Shown: positions 9,584-19,815 of the stretch, in pieces
How the letters are laid out: each line of letters opens with the position of its first letter
Numbering within the stretch: the first letter of the stretch is position 1
Virus record (IMG/VR): IMGVR_UViG_2551306709_000010
Span: 1 to 64,000 of that record
DNA from: an uncultured virus (IMG/VR IMGVR_UViG_2551306709_000010)
Lineage: Duplodnaviria > Heunggongvirae > Uroviricota > Caudoviricetes
Length of the DNA: 64,000 bases
Reading direction: 5' to 3' (one strand)
The notes under the pieces: generated by a model
What the model saw: the letters and a program-made list of their open reading frames with translations, nothing else
Told to the model about the DNA's origin: nothing
The model's database searches: none
Position numbers and translations under genes: made by a program

Positions 9584-10209
9584 ATGAAAATAAATAAAAA
9601 TACATCAATTATATGTATAATCTTAACTATAATTTTTGGTGGATTAACTATTTTACTGCATCCATATTATGAATTAATTTCAAGTATTGTATCTAATATA
9701 TTTACTGGTTTTATAGTATCTTCTGTGATTGCATTAATTGGGTATTTTTATGAAAAACAAAAGATTATAAATAATATTTCTGATAATATGCATAGTTTAT
9801 ACATGAATTTAATCGCTATAAAGAATATTACAGGAATAATTGTCCCAAAAGTTGCTAATGCAGATGACTTAACTAAATTGAATTATAACATTATTGAAGC
9901 TTTAACTTCTCAGAATGTTGAGTTCATAAAAAAATGGAATTGAGATTTTACGATGGCTTTTTTAGTAATTCAAAGTTATCAAAAATTATTAATGAATTAA
10001 TTAACTATAAGAAAGATATGTATAATTTGAAACAATTAGCTTTTGAATTTTATTACAGTACGCTTCATTATGAACTACAGTTAAAAAATTTAAAATTGCA
10101 AGAGAGTGAAGCTTCAATTGATAATATTAAAATTTTAGATCAATATAAAAACATGATTAATATAAAAACAGTTATATTAGGATTCCAGTCGGTACTGCAA
10201 TTAGTGTAG
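9584..10209 (+). pseudogene. Frameshifted/truncated membrane protein
   Basis: Two N-terminal hydrophobic helices; ORFs 9584-9943 and 9934-10209 overlap at an A7 run; the 3' end runs into an unrelated fragment. Confidence 0.55.
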
Positions 10210-10262
10210 AATGTGTAGATGGAAAATTGATTATTAAAAAAGCTGAAAGCGTAACTGAGTAA
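10177..10262 (+). pseudogene. SymE-like toxin C-terminal remnant
   Basis: With one frame slip reads LGF/PVGTAISVECVDGKLIIKKAESVTE*, resembling the LGFxxGxxIxVxxxxGKLII end of SymE/AbrB-fold proteins; a terminator hairpin follows at 10272-10307. Confidence 0.5.
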
Positions 10263-10464
10263 TGGTGCCATGAGTGGCTGCTGGATAACTCCTGCGGCTA
10301 CTTTTTTATTTGTGTTTGATAATATATTTTTTGTCTTATCTGGGCCGGACAGAGCATTTCTGATAAGGGGACTTGTTTTGATTAAAAGGCAATTGTGCGG
10401 AGCAAACCAATTAGTCGCGTATAAAAAGTATATGTCAACGAATATGTATATACCATAAGAAAGT

Positions 10465-10515
10465 ATTGATAAATATCAAGTATCTCTTGATAAGATAGTG
10501 ATATCTTGATATAAT
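10465..10515 (+). promoter_or_regulatory. Sigma-A promoter with overlapping operator-like repeats for the R-M operon
   Basis: TTGATA(10487-92)-17 nt-TATAAT(10510-15) with TG extension; palindrome TTGATAAATATCAA, TATCAAG/CTTGATA inverted pair, second TCTTGATA copy over the -10. Confidence 0.75.
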
Positions 10516-10557
10516 AAGAGTGACTTACGTAGTGAATTTGAAGGAGGATAGTGTTTT

Positions 10558-10770
10558 ATGGAAATAAGCTATAACAAGTTATGGAAAAAAATGATTGACC
10601 ATAATCTAAATAAGACGCAGCTTAAAGAAAAGGCAAAGATTAGTACGAATGCTGTAGCTAAACTAGGAAAAAATGAAGCTGTTTCGATGGAGACGCTAGA
10701 AAAAATTTGTAGTGCTTTAAATTGCAATATAGGCGATATAATGGAATTTATCGACGAAAAAATGGAATAG
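10558..10770 (+). CDS. Cro/C1-type HTH regulator (candidate R-M controller)
   Basis: ISYNKLWKKMID...TNAVAKLGKNEAVSMETLEKICSALNCNIGDIMEF; first gene of the R-M operon. Confidence 0.85.
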   Translation: MEISYNKLWKKMIDHNLNKTQLKEKAKISTNAVAKLGKNEAVSMETLEKICSALNCNIGDIMEFIDEKME

Positions 10771-10782
10771 AAAGGAATTAAG

Positions 10783-11910
10783 ATGGAGGTTAATGCACAA
10801 GAACAAATAGAGTTATCTTTTGATGACGGTAAAGGAATTTGTATACAAGACATGAAGAATTTAGATGAAAATAAAGAAGAACTAATAAGCGGCGCAAAGG
10901 CTATGAAGATGTTAGAGTTGTCGAGACATAATTTTCAAAAAGTTATACAGGAAGGCTTACTAGCTGCAGTTTTTGATGGTAAGAAAAAAGCATATAAGAC
11001 AACTGATATAGAAGAGCTTATGAAAACCGATAGATACCAAGAGTTGGTGAATGGAATCGTTGACCCAAGGAATAATCTTAATGATTTAACGGGAAAAGAC
11101 TGGTTGCCGGAAACAAAGAGCTTTTTCTATCAAAAAGGACTTGGTGCAAATCATCCGGAAGCTCAAATAGAGAAATTGCATCCTGCACCGTATTCGTTTC
11201 AGGATATTGGACATTTAGTGAAATTCTTTACTAAAGCTGGAATGGAGGTTTTAGATCCATTTGGTGGTGTTGGTTCAACAGCTAAGGCATGCGAAGTAAA
11301 TGGAAGGAAGTGCACGAGTATAGAACTTTCTCCAATATGGCACGATTTATCAATAAAAAGATTAGAAACTGAGGTAGGAGAAGGCACCAGTAAAAATCAC
11401 ACATTTATAAATGGGGATTCATGCGAAGAACTGCTAAAAATAAAAACTGAATCCATGGATTTTATGGTGACAAGTCCTCCGTATTGGGGAATTCTTAATA
11501 AGCAAGATCAGAAAGTTAAAAAGAACAGAGTTGCCAACAACTTAGAAACAAAATACTCAGAAAGCGATAAAGATCTAGGTAATGTTGAAAACTATGAAGA
11601 ATTTCTAAATGTATTGGTGAAGAGAGTATTCTTTCAATGTGCAAGAACCTTGAAATTCGGAAAATACATGGCGATAGTTGTATCTGATTTTAGAGATAAA
11701 TCGGAATATATTAGCTTTCATAGCGATTTGATTCATGAATTAAACAAAGCGCTGATTCCAGAAGGAGGAGTTTTAAAACTTCAAGGTACAAAAATTCTTC
11801 TTCAAAATCATAAAAGTTTATTGCCGTATGGATATCCATTTGCATATGTAGAGAATATTCACCACCAATACATTTTGATTTTCAAAAAAGAAAAGCAAGG
11901 GAAGAAGTAA
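10783..11910 (+). CDS. Amino-DNA methyltransferase M1 (alpha-like motif order, probably m4C) with N-terminal excisionase-type HTH
   Basis: HPAPY, VLDPFGGVGST (motif I) before TSPPY (motif IV); N-terminal LISGAKAMKMLELSRHNFQKVIQEGLL HTH. Confidence 0.85.
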   Translation: MEVNAQEQIELSFDDGKGICIQDMKNLDENKEELISGAKAMKMLELSRHNFQKVIQEGLLAAVFDGKKKAYKTTDIEELMKTDRYQELVNGIVDPRNNLNDLTGKDWLPETKSFFYQKGLGANHPEAQIEKLHPAPYSFQDIGHLVKFFTKAGMEVLDPFGGVGSTAKACEVNGRKCTSIELSPIWHDLSIKRLETEVGEGTSKNHTFINGDSCEELLKIKTESMDFMVTSPPYWGILNKQDQKVKKNRVANNLETKYSESDKDLGNVENYEEFLNVLVKRVFFQCARTLKFGKYMAIVVSDFRDKSEYISFHSDLIHELNKALIPEGGVLKLQGTKILLQNHKSLLPYGYPFAYVENIHHQYILIFKKEKQGKK

Positions 11911-11912
11911 AT

Positions 11913-12725
11913 ATGAAATATAATTGTGTTATTAGAGGAAATAGCGATGAGATACTAAAACAATTTATTGAGGAAGGTTATTGCTTTGATCTGATTTGTA
12001 CAGACCCTCCTTATAATTTAAATAAAGATTTTGGAAATGATAGCGATAAATTGGAACTGAATGAATTTCTAAAAGTTACCGAAGAAAGAATAAATTTATG
12101 TAAAAAGCTGTTAACACCAACTGGGAGCATACTATGGTTTGGTATTCATCACTATATAGGATTTATACAGGCGATAATGTATAATGCCGGATTATATTAT
12201 AGAAGAATGAATATCTGGTATTACGAAAATGGGTTTTCAAGAAGTTCGAAAGCACCGTTGACACAATATGAACCATTTTTATGGTTTTCAAAATCAAAAT
12301 CAAAATGGACATATAACGTCGATGACGTGAGGGTTCCTTATAAAAGTACAGAAAGATTAAAAAATCCAGTATATTACAAAGGGAAAAACGGTGAAAGAAA
12401 AGTATGGCAGCCAAATCCGAATGGAGCAATGAGAGGTGATGTATGGGCTTTTCCAACGTTGGCTGGGAAAGCATATGAAAAAGAAAAAACACCGCATCCA
12501 ACTCAAAAGCCGGAATCTTTAATTACCGAATTAATAAAAGCATACTGCCCGAAAAATGCCGATGGAATGTACGAGGGAACAATATTAGATCCTTTTCATG
12601 GCTCTGGTACATTGGGAGTTTGTTGTGAAAAACTTAATAAACAAGGACATCATATCCAATGGATTGGAATCGAATTAGAGCAGCGCTGGTGTGATGTGGC
12701 AAATGAAAGACTTAATAATATTTAG
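11913..12725 (+). CDS. Amino-DNA methyltransferase M2 (beta class)
   Basis: TDPPYN before HPTQKP and ILDPFHGSGT. Confidence 0.9.
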   Translation: MKYNCVIRGNSDEILKQFIEEGYCFDLICTDPPYNLNKDFGNDSDKLELNEFLKVTEERINLCKKLLTPTGSILWFGIHHYIGFIQAIMYNAGLYYRRMNIWYYENGFSRSSKAPLTQYEPFLWFSKSKSKWTYNVDDVRVPYKSTERLKNPVYYKGKNGERKVWQPNPNGAMRGDVWAFPTLAGKAYEKEKTPHPTQKPESLITELIKAYCPKNADGMYEGTILDPFHGSGTLGVCCEKLNKQGHHIQWIGIELEQRWCDVANERLNNI

Positions 12726-12793
12726 TTCTGATATAAAAATATGAAGTATGCCTGGATTTACTAGGGCATAATCAAATAAATAGTGAAAGGAAG

Positions 12794-12827
12794 TAAACAC
12801 CTCTCTGGGATCCCTGGAGGGTGTTTA
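12794..12827 (+). terminator. Hairpin between MTase and REase genes
   Basis: TAAACACCTCTC-loop-GGAGGGTGTTTA. Confidence 0.5.
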
Positions 12828-12854
12828 TCTCGTACAAAATAGGGGGGGAATACT

Positions 12855-14546
12855 ATGATACGTTTTAGAAATCCAATTTCAGATATGAATGTATTGATTG
12901 AAAATTTCAAAATGATGTATGTGGATTTTTCAAACATGGATTATTTTGATCTTGATAATATTGCAGAATTCTTTGCAAGAGAACAGTTAGCAAGTTCATC
13001 TGGGTATATAGGGGATGAAGCTTTAAAAAGGTCATATTTAATCAAAGATGATTCAAGAAAGTCTATGAAAATGCAGGCCAAAAGTTATGCGGAATTATTT
13101 CGATTTTTAGGTTGGATTACTTCAGGAGAAAAAGCACTAAATTTTAATTTTACGTATTTGGGAGTTCATGTTGCTGTGTCGGGAAGTGGGGCAAAATCAT
13201 TGTTTGAGCAATGCTTACTTGGTGTAGAATATCCAAATCATATTTTAGATGTTAAATTCCCAGATGAGAATAAACCATTCGTGAATATGTTGCTATTTGC
13301 GGAAGCGTTGGGTGGTAAAATACACCGAGACGAAATACTGCTAGGCGCTATGAATTTGATGGATGGATATTCTGAAGAAGAAAGGGCCAGTAAAATAGCG
13401 TATCTTAGGGAAATTAGAAAAACTAAAGATATAGATGTGCTAAATGATGAAATAGAGAAATTAGCTGATATTAATGAAATGCAGGCAAATTCGGTAAGAA
13501 ACTTAACCAGATTTGTGATTTCATCTCTTGAATTCACAGGATGGTTTGAAAAAAAGAAATTAAAAGTGTACGGTAAATCAAGTCCTTTTTTGATACTGAC
13601 GGAAAAAGGTAAATCGGTAGTAAAACAGATCAATAATTCACTAATTATTAAAGGTGATTCAATTAATATAGAAGATGAGGATGCAAAGGTCATTTCTGAT
13701 ATTGCTTTACTATGCATGTTTAGAAGAGCAAATTTTGATGTTGATTCCGAGTTGGAAAAATATAATACTACAATAAAAAATATTTGTGAAAAAAGTGATA
13801 AATCAGATATTCTGTTTTCTCCATATCAATATTTTTCGGGTTCGGAGTTAAAAATTGTTTTACCAAATTATACCTTACAAAATGGATCGGAACACAGAAC
13901 TGTTGAAGTAGATACATGTGTAAATATCTTATCAATGAAAACAGAGGCGCTTGTAGAGGCAAAAAAATCCGAGCTATCTAAAAATGAACAAATGAACAAA
14001 ATGCTTGCCAAAAGAATTTCAAATACAAATTCAAATATTCAAAAGGCAGTCGATATTTTCATGGAAGATATTGTGACAATGAAACAAACAGATTTTTACC
14101 CATTAGTTGCGGATTTGTTGGGATATGTTTTTAATCGAGACGCTTTTGCTCCTTCTGCGGGGAATAATAATATGAGATATGATGTAATGATACCTGATGA
14201 TAATTATTCTATTCCAGTAGAAGTTAAATCACCGACAGAAGAAGAAATGTTATCTGTCAAGGCAATTCGCCAAGCTACGGAGAATAAAGTATTATTACTT
14301 GCTCGAAAGCCATATAAAACATCTTATGAAGTGAGTTCTTTTGCTTGTGGTTTTAAGTTGCCCAATGATAGATCGGATGTATATAAACTGATTGAAGAAA
14401 TATTTGAAACTTATGGTATTAACGTCGCAATTTTGGATATGAATACATTGATTAGGGCTGCTTTTTATTGTGCTCAGACTAAGTCATATTATGATGTCTC
14501 AGAATTTGTTGGAAAGAGAGGAGTGATTAAATTTGAAAATATTTGA
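12855..14546 (+). CDS. Putative Type II (IIS/IIT-like) restriction endonuclease, large subunit
   Basis: Follows two MTases; C-terminal RYD-x11-EVK PD-(D/E)xK motif; large N-terminal putative recognition region. Confidence 0.75.
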   Translation: MIRFRNPISDMNVLIENFKMMYVDFSNMDYFDLDNIAEFFAREQLASSSGYIGDEALKRSYLIKDDSRKSMKMQAKSYAELFRFLGWITSGEKALNFNFTYLGVHVAVSGSGAKSLFEQCLLGVEYPNHILDVKFPDENKPFVNMLLFAEALGGKIHRDEILLGAMNLMDGYSEEERASKIAYLREIRKTKDIDVLNDEIEKLADINEMQANSVRNLTRFVISSLEFTGWFEKKKLKVYGKSSPFLILTEKGKSVVKQINNSLIIKGDSINIEDEDAKVISDIALLCMFRRANFDVDSELEKYNTTIKNICEKSDKSDILFSPYQYFSGSELKIVLPNYTLQNGSEHRTVEVDTCVNILSMKTEALVEAKKSELSKNEQMNKMLAKRISNTNSNIQKAVDIFMEDIVTMKQTDFYPLVADLLGYVFNRDAFAPSAGNNNMRYDVMIPDDNYSIPVEVKSPTEEEMLSVKAIRQATENKVLLLARKPYKTSYEVSSFACGFKLPNDRSDVYKLIEEIFETYGINVAILDMNTLIRAAFYCAQTKSYYDVSEFVGKRGVIKFENI

Positions 14547-15177
14547 AAGTATACAGAATAATAATCAAACTACAAGTTCTTCACCGGTAAGAAATATCGT
14601 GGACAATGATCTTCCGTTAGCTGAAAAGTTAGCTACATTAAGGGACTCTATTTCAACTGTAAAATTGACCCCTAATGGTGAAAATGAATTACTTGAACTA
14701 TTGTTTACAGGATTAGGTGGGAAAATTTATTTTCCTCGAAAAGGTGATAACAGTGAGCGCTTTGACGCAACAGTATTATTTGATGACTACAAGGTCGTTA
14801 CTGAAGTTGAAATACCATCAACAGCAATATTAGATGCGCCAAGAAATTTATTAGATGATTATGCAGTTATTCATAGTCGAAAAGGTGAAGATACAAATAA
14901 TATTATTCCGTTGGTTATATGCTGGGATTTGCCAAATAAACGAACGGACTATTGGAATGTAATTACTGATATAAATAGTATTTTAAATATAAAGATTAAA
15001 ACGATAAGCATATTAGCGCTCGCTTTCTATTATTGGACTAAAACCCCATTAGATTTACTAAGTGATACTTTTTACCTAGATCATTCGGATCCAATGATGC
15101 ATAGCACGAGTGAATTAATGAAAGCATATGGGATATCATCGGATGATTATCCGGGATATTTTACGCCTTATAAATGA
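14533..15177 (+). CDS. Putative restriction endonuclease small catalytic subunit
   Basis: Overlaps the large-subunit stop; RFD-x11-EVE motif and LPNKRTD align with the large subunit's catalytic domain (RYD..EVK..LPNDRSD). Confidence 0.7.
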   Translation: MKIFESIQNNNQTTSSSPVRNIVDNDLPLAEKLATLRDSISTVKLTPNGENELLELLFTGLGGKIYFPRKGDNSERFDATVLFDDYKVVTEVEIPSTAILDAPRNLLDDYAVIHSRKGEDTNNIIPLVICWDLPNKRTDYWNVITDINSILNIKIKTISILALAFYYWTKTPLDLLSDTFYLDHSDPMMHSTSELMKAYGISSDDYPGYFTPYK

Positions 15178-15274
15178 TGTGTAATTAATAAACATATGTA
15201 ATAATTACCGAAGAATGCATTGGCATTGTCAGTGTCATTAAGGCATATACCGGAAATTAGTAGGAGGTGGAAGT

Positions 15275-16149
15275 GTGGCATATGGTAAATCGATAGAATT
15301 GTTTCTTGCAAATGGAACCGCTGATAGTTTAATTGCAGCTGAGTTGTCTAACTAGAATGGTAAAGCAATTAAGATTGCTAGAATAGAAGTAAGCGAGTGT
15401 AAACGAGAAGATATAAGAGGTGCTGGTATATACTTTCTTTTTTGCAAAGAGGATGATGATTGGGATTCTGTTTACATAGGAGAGGCGAAAATATTCAAGA
15501 GCGCTTAGTTCAACATATCCGTGATTATTCTTCAGAAAAAGAAAAGTATTATTGGAACACGGCAGTATTGTTTGTAGGGCGTGGCCTTAATAAATCACTG
15601 ATAAGATATTTAGAAAACCGTCTGGTTGAAATAGCTAGAATGAGCAAGCGATACCTTGTGTTAACAAAGAATACATACCGCAATACTGTGATGAACGAAT
15701 CACAAGTGGCAGCTATGGAGGAATTTGTAGATAACATAAAAATTCTTATTAGCGCACTTGGATATAAGGTTTTGGAGCCAATGCTACAAAGTGACAGTGC
15801 TTCAAGCTTGGACAATGAGATGTTATACCTTAATGTAGGAAGTGCAGAAGCAACAGCCATGATTACTACAGAGGGTTTTGTATTGATATCCGGTTCAACG
15901 GTTAATGAAAAAACTACAATAAAATCTTTAAGCGCGGGAATGGTTAAACTACGAAATAAACATCTGAATTCCGGGAAGGTAAAAGATTGGAAAACAGTGG
16001 AGAATATTTTATTTTCAAGCTCATCAGCCGCTGCGGATTTTGTTTTGGGTTACAGTGCCAGTGGCCCAGCTACTTGGAAGGATAAAAACGGAAGTTATGG
16101 ACATTGTCAGAGGAGTGGCTCCGAGATAATTTTGATCCAGACGAATTAG
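15275..16149 (+). pseudogene. GIY-YIG nuclease / DUF4357 pseudogene
   Basis: AGGAGG + GTG15275 MAYGKSIELFL; in-frame TAG at 15353; GIYFLF..VYIGE motif then a frameshift near 15487; C-terminal FSSSSAAADFVLGYSASGPATWKDKNG. Confidence 0.85.
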
Positions 16150-16738
16150 AAGAAAAAAAGAAATGGTTGTTGATATCCTTTCAGGGAGATTTGGCTAATG
16201 GACTTCTTGATTCTGAAGCATTAGAAGTTACAGAGTTCAATGTGAAAATATGTTAATTCCAGTAAAAATAAAAAATTCTATAGAACTTGAAGATATTGAA
16301 ATAGAAAATACAAACTGTAAATCTTTAAACTTAAGAGAAGAACACATAGAAGAATTTTTAAGAAAGAACATAGAAGTTATATTTGAAGAAGAAACTTTAC
16401 TTGTGGTTGGAAAACAAGTTGTAAATAAAGAAAATGGAAGAAGTGATTTAACAGCAGTAGATGAAAATGATAACCTTGTACTGATTGAAATTAAAAGAGA
16501 TGTTGAAGATATTAGGCAAAGAAAAGAAGCTTTTGAATTTCAAGCTATAAGGTACGCTGCAAGTTATGCCAAAATTAAAACTCCTGATGATTTGGTTGAT
16601 AAAATATTTGCTGCTTATATTGAAAAATATAAAGGTGAATTTGAATTAGGAGAGCTGGCTGCCTATGAAAAAGCAACAAGAATATTGAATGATTTTCTTG
16701 AAAAGAATAATGCATTAAAAACCTTTAATTCAAAACAA

Positions 16739-18203
16739 GAGAGTGTAAAATAATCTGTGTAAACTCCATAAGAATGATATAATAATTCTTATAAAAATGG
16801 AGGGTACACAGATTATGTCTTTTTCCAGAAAAGAACTTATTAAACAGTTAATTAAAGAAACAAAACCTACAAGTGCAAAAGACGTCCAAGAAACATTGAA
16901 GGATTTATTTGCAGATACACTTAAAGAGATGTTAGAAGCGGAGCTTGATGATCATTTAGGCTACTCTAAATATGACTATAAAAATAAAAACACTACAAAC
17001 AGTAGGAATGGTCGTAATTCTAAAAGAGTATTGTCTGATTTAGGAGAATTTGATTTAACTGTCCCGAGGGATAGAGAAGGATCATTTCAACCGCAGGTTG
17101 TGAAGAAAAACCAAACTGATATTTCTGGAATTGAAGATCAAGTAATTGGTATGTATGCAAAAGGAATGACAACAAGAGATATAGCAACTCATCTAGAAAA
17201 TATATATGGTTTTGAGGCTTCGCCTACTTTAATATCAGGGATAACAGATAAAATTACGCCTGTAGCAAAGGAATGGCAAAATAGACCTTTAGAACCTGTA
17301 TACCCAATAATATTTATGGATGCTATACACTATAAGGTCAAACAAGATAATAGAGTTATAAATAAGGCTGCTTACGCAGTTATTGGAGTCAATTTAGATG
17401 GAATTAAAGAAGTTTTAGGTATTTGGATTGGTGGAAATGAAACATCAAAATATTGGCTTTTAGTACTAAATGAACTAAAAAATAGAGGAGTCAATGATAT
17501 ACTTATAGCCTGTGTTGATGGCTTAAATGGATTTACTGAAGCTATTAAAGCTATTTATCCACATACTGAAATTCAAAGATGTATAATACATCAAATTAGA
17601 AATTCTTCAAAGTATGTATCTTATAAAGATTTAAAAGAGTTTAATGCCGACTTGAAATTAGTATATACAGCAACAACAGAGGAAGCTGCTTTAGCGGAGC
17701 TAGAAAGATTTGAACAAAAATGGGGAGATAAATACCTTATTGCAATTCGCTTATGGAAAAATAATTGGGATGAACTAGCAACTTTCTTTAAGTATCCCAA
17801 GGAAATAAGAAAAATAATATATACTACAAATGCTATGGAAAGCTATAATAGACAATTAAGGAAGGTTACTAAAGCTAGAAGTATTTTTCCATCTGATGAT
17901 GCTTTGCTTAAAATGCTATATTTAGCAACGATGGATATAAGTAAAAAATGGACTCAATCAATACGTGGATGGGCTCAGATATTAGCACAATTATCTATAT
18001 TCTTTGAAGGCAGAATTGATAATATTCTATTTTAAAAAAACTATACTCATACACAATAGAGATAGTGTTTTTTCTCACTGTAATAATATTGAATAAATTA
18101 AAATAACTAGATATTAGCATAACAAATACTTATATCTAGTTATCCTTAAACATATTAATTTAAAAATTTTTATGGATGTTTACACAAAATTCTTGACATA
18201 CTC
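16739..18203 (+). mobile_element. IS256-family insertion sequence
   Basis: IRL GAGAGTGTAAAATAATCTGTGTAAAC; IRR (reverse complement) GAGTATGTCAAGAATTTTGTGTAAAC; 8-bp target duplication CAAAACAA at 16731-16738 and 18204-18211. Confidence 0.95.
16797..18035 (+). CDS. IS256-family (Mutator) DDE transposase
   Basis: VPRDREGSF, FMDAIHYKV, CVDGL, QRCIIHQIRN, IYTTNAMES motifs; intact frame. Confidence 0.95.
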   Translation: MEGTQIMSFSRKELIKQLIKETKPTSAKDVQETLKDLFADTLKEMLEAELDDHLGYSKYDYKNKNTTNSRNGRNSKRVLSDLGEFDLTVPRDREGSFQPQVVKKNQTDISGIEDQVIGMYAKGMTTRDIATHLENIYGFEASPTLISGITDKITPVAKEWQNRPLEPVYPIIFMDAIHYKVKQDNRVINKAAYAVIGVNLDGIKEVLGIWIGGNETSKYWLLVLNELKNRGVNDILIACVDGLNGFTEAIKAIYPHTEIQRCIIHQIRNSSKYVSYKDLKEFNADLKLVYTATTEEAALAELERFEQKWGDKYLIAIRLWKNNWDELATFFKYPKEIRKIIYTTNAMESYNRQLRKVTKARSIFPSDDALLKMLYLATMDISKKWTQSIRGWAQILAQLSIFFEGRIDNILF

Positions 18204-18927
18204 CAAAACAAAGGATAATACTTATAGCATCATCATTTGATAAGCAAACATTATCAGACGCAGCTTGGCTTATAGGAAATAATGTTGATATTAGTTGCTT
18301 TGAATTAAGTCCAATGAAAATAGAAGATAATTATTTTATAGACATTAATAGAATATTACCTCCACCAGCTTTAGAAGATTTTTATGTTGAAGTAGATGAT
18401 AAAAAACGACATACATATATAACTAAAAGGGAAACGCCTATTACTAGAACCACACTTCCAGGAATGGATAAGTTATTTGAGTGGGGAATTATTAAAGCAG
18501 GAGATATTGTTGTAATTAAGAACAGAGATAATTCAGAAGCTACTGTTATTGATAGTAAATATGTTGATTTTAAAGGTGAAAAACTTACGTTCAATAAGTG
18601 GGGGCAGAAGGTTACTGGATGGTCTAGTATTAGAATTTATGATTGGGTTCTAATTAAAGGTAATGATAAAACTCTGCATGAAATGAGGCAGGAGAAAATT
18701 TTATTACTTGATAGTAAAGTAGAGTAAATAAAAGTAAGAAAAATACAAGGATACTACATGAAAAATCATAAGTATCCTTGTATTTTTATTGGAAAGAAAG
18801 CTAAATATCTAGTAATTTTTTATTTGCATACATAAATTCAAAGAAGTTTTAATTTTTAATAAAATTTATTTTAAATAATACTGCAATTATCTTTACATCT
18901 TCATATTAGTATATGGAGGTGTTAATA

Positions 18928-19338
18928 ATGGATAAAAAATTAAAAGAAACTATAACAATAGTAAAGAAGTTACAAAGGAAGGAACTTTTATATATGAATG
19001 ATAGTATAGGGGTTGAAGTAGAGCCTAATTATCAGGTAGTAGCAGCAATTCTTGAAAGTCTTAATTTAATTATGGATAAAGAATTTTATGATTGCATTAA
19101 TGATGAAGAAGAACTTATTTATGAATTAGCTATTTCTAACTTTAAAGATGATAATTTTATTTCTGAAATAGATATAGAATTAATAAAGTATGTCATAAAG
19201 CAATATGTGGACACTAAAGATCCAGTTTTAATCAACAATATTTATGCTTTTACTGTAAAAATGGATAAGTTAGAAAATCTATATAAAAGGGCATTAAATC
19301 AAATAGAAGAAGGGAAGTTTAAGAACTATATATTTTAA
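18928..19338 (+). CDS. Hypothetical protein
   Basis: GGAGGT RBS, acidic ORF. Confidence 0.65.
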   Translation: MDKKLKETITIVKKLQRKELLYMNDSIGVEVEPNYQVVAAILESLNLIMDKEFYDCINDEEELIYELAISNFKDDNFISEIDIELIKYVIKQYVDTKDPVLINNIYAFTVKMDKLENLYKRALNQIEEGKFKNYIF

Positions 19339-19362
19339 TTGGTAAAAATTAATAATTTATCC

Positions 19363-19413
19363 TTGACATTGGAAACTGTTTCCTATACAATAATGTTATC
19401 AGATATGCGAACA
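19363..19413 (+). promoter_or_regulatory. Repressor promoter with operator
   Basis: TTGACA(19363)-17-TACAAT(19386); palindrome GGAAACTGTTTCC in the spacer; TGTTATC-N6-GCGAACA at 19394-19413. Confidence 0.75.
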
Positions 19414-19440
19414 CGCTATTTTGTTTAGAGAGGGATTAAA

Positions 19441-19815
19441 ATGAATGATATATTAAGTTTTGGAAAATTTATTACAGATAAAAGAAAAGCACTTGGAATA
19501 ACATTAAGAGGAATGGCTACTGAAATTGGAATTGCTCCCGCATATCTCAGTGATATTGAAAAAGGCAGAAGATATCCGCCTGACATGGATAAGCTTATAC
19601 AAATAGCTAAAATTTTAAAATTAACTGAGGATGAAAAAAACACAATGTTTGATTTGGCAGGAGAAGGAAAAAATACAATATCACCTGATCTTCCAGAGTA
19701 TATAATGTCATCTGAAAAAGTTAGAGTAGCATTGAGGAAAGCTAGGGAAGTTGCAACAGAGGAGGATTGGGAAGAATTTGTTAAAAAACTAACTGAAAAA
19801 GGAGGCAGAGCCTAG
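19441..19815 (+). CDS. XRE-family repressor (ImmR-like)
   Basis: ITLRGMATEIGIAPAYLSDIEKGRRYPP HTH, adjacent to an ImmA-like gene. Confidence 0.9.
   Translation: MNDILSFGKFITDKRKALGITLRGMATEIGIAPAYLSDIEKGRRYPPDMDKLIQIAKILKLTEDEKNTMFDLAGEGKNTISPDLPEYIMSSEKVRVALRKAREVATEEDWEEFVKKLTEKGGRA

Larger units (their letters stand above)
16250..18727 (+). pseudogene. NucS-like PD-(D/E)xK nuclease with C-terminal RAMA-like domain, interrupted by IS256
   Basis: GRSDLTAVDENDNLVLIEIKR..QAIRYA. Removing the IS and one target copy joins 16250-16738 to 18212-18727 in frame (..FNSKQ/RIILIASSFD..), giving 334 aa. Confidence 0.8.

Noticed and set aside
10270..10458. 62-aa ORF upstream of the R-M promoter
   Set aside because: Begins within a terminator hairpin, has no RBS and no recognisable motif.
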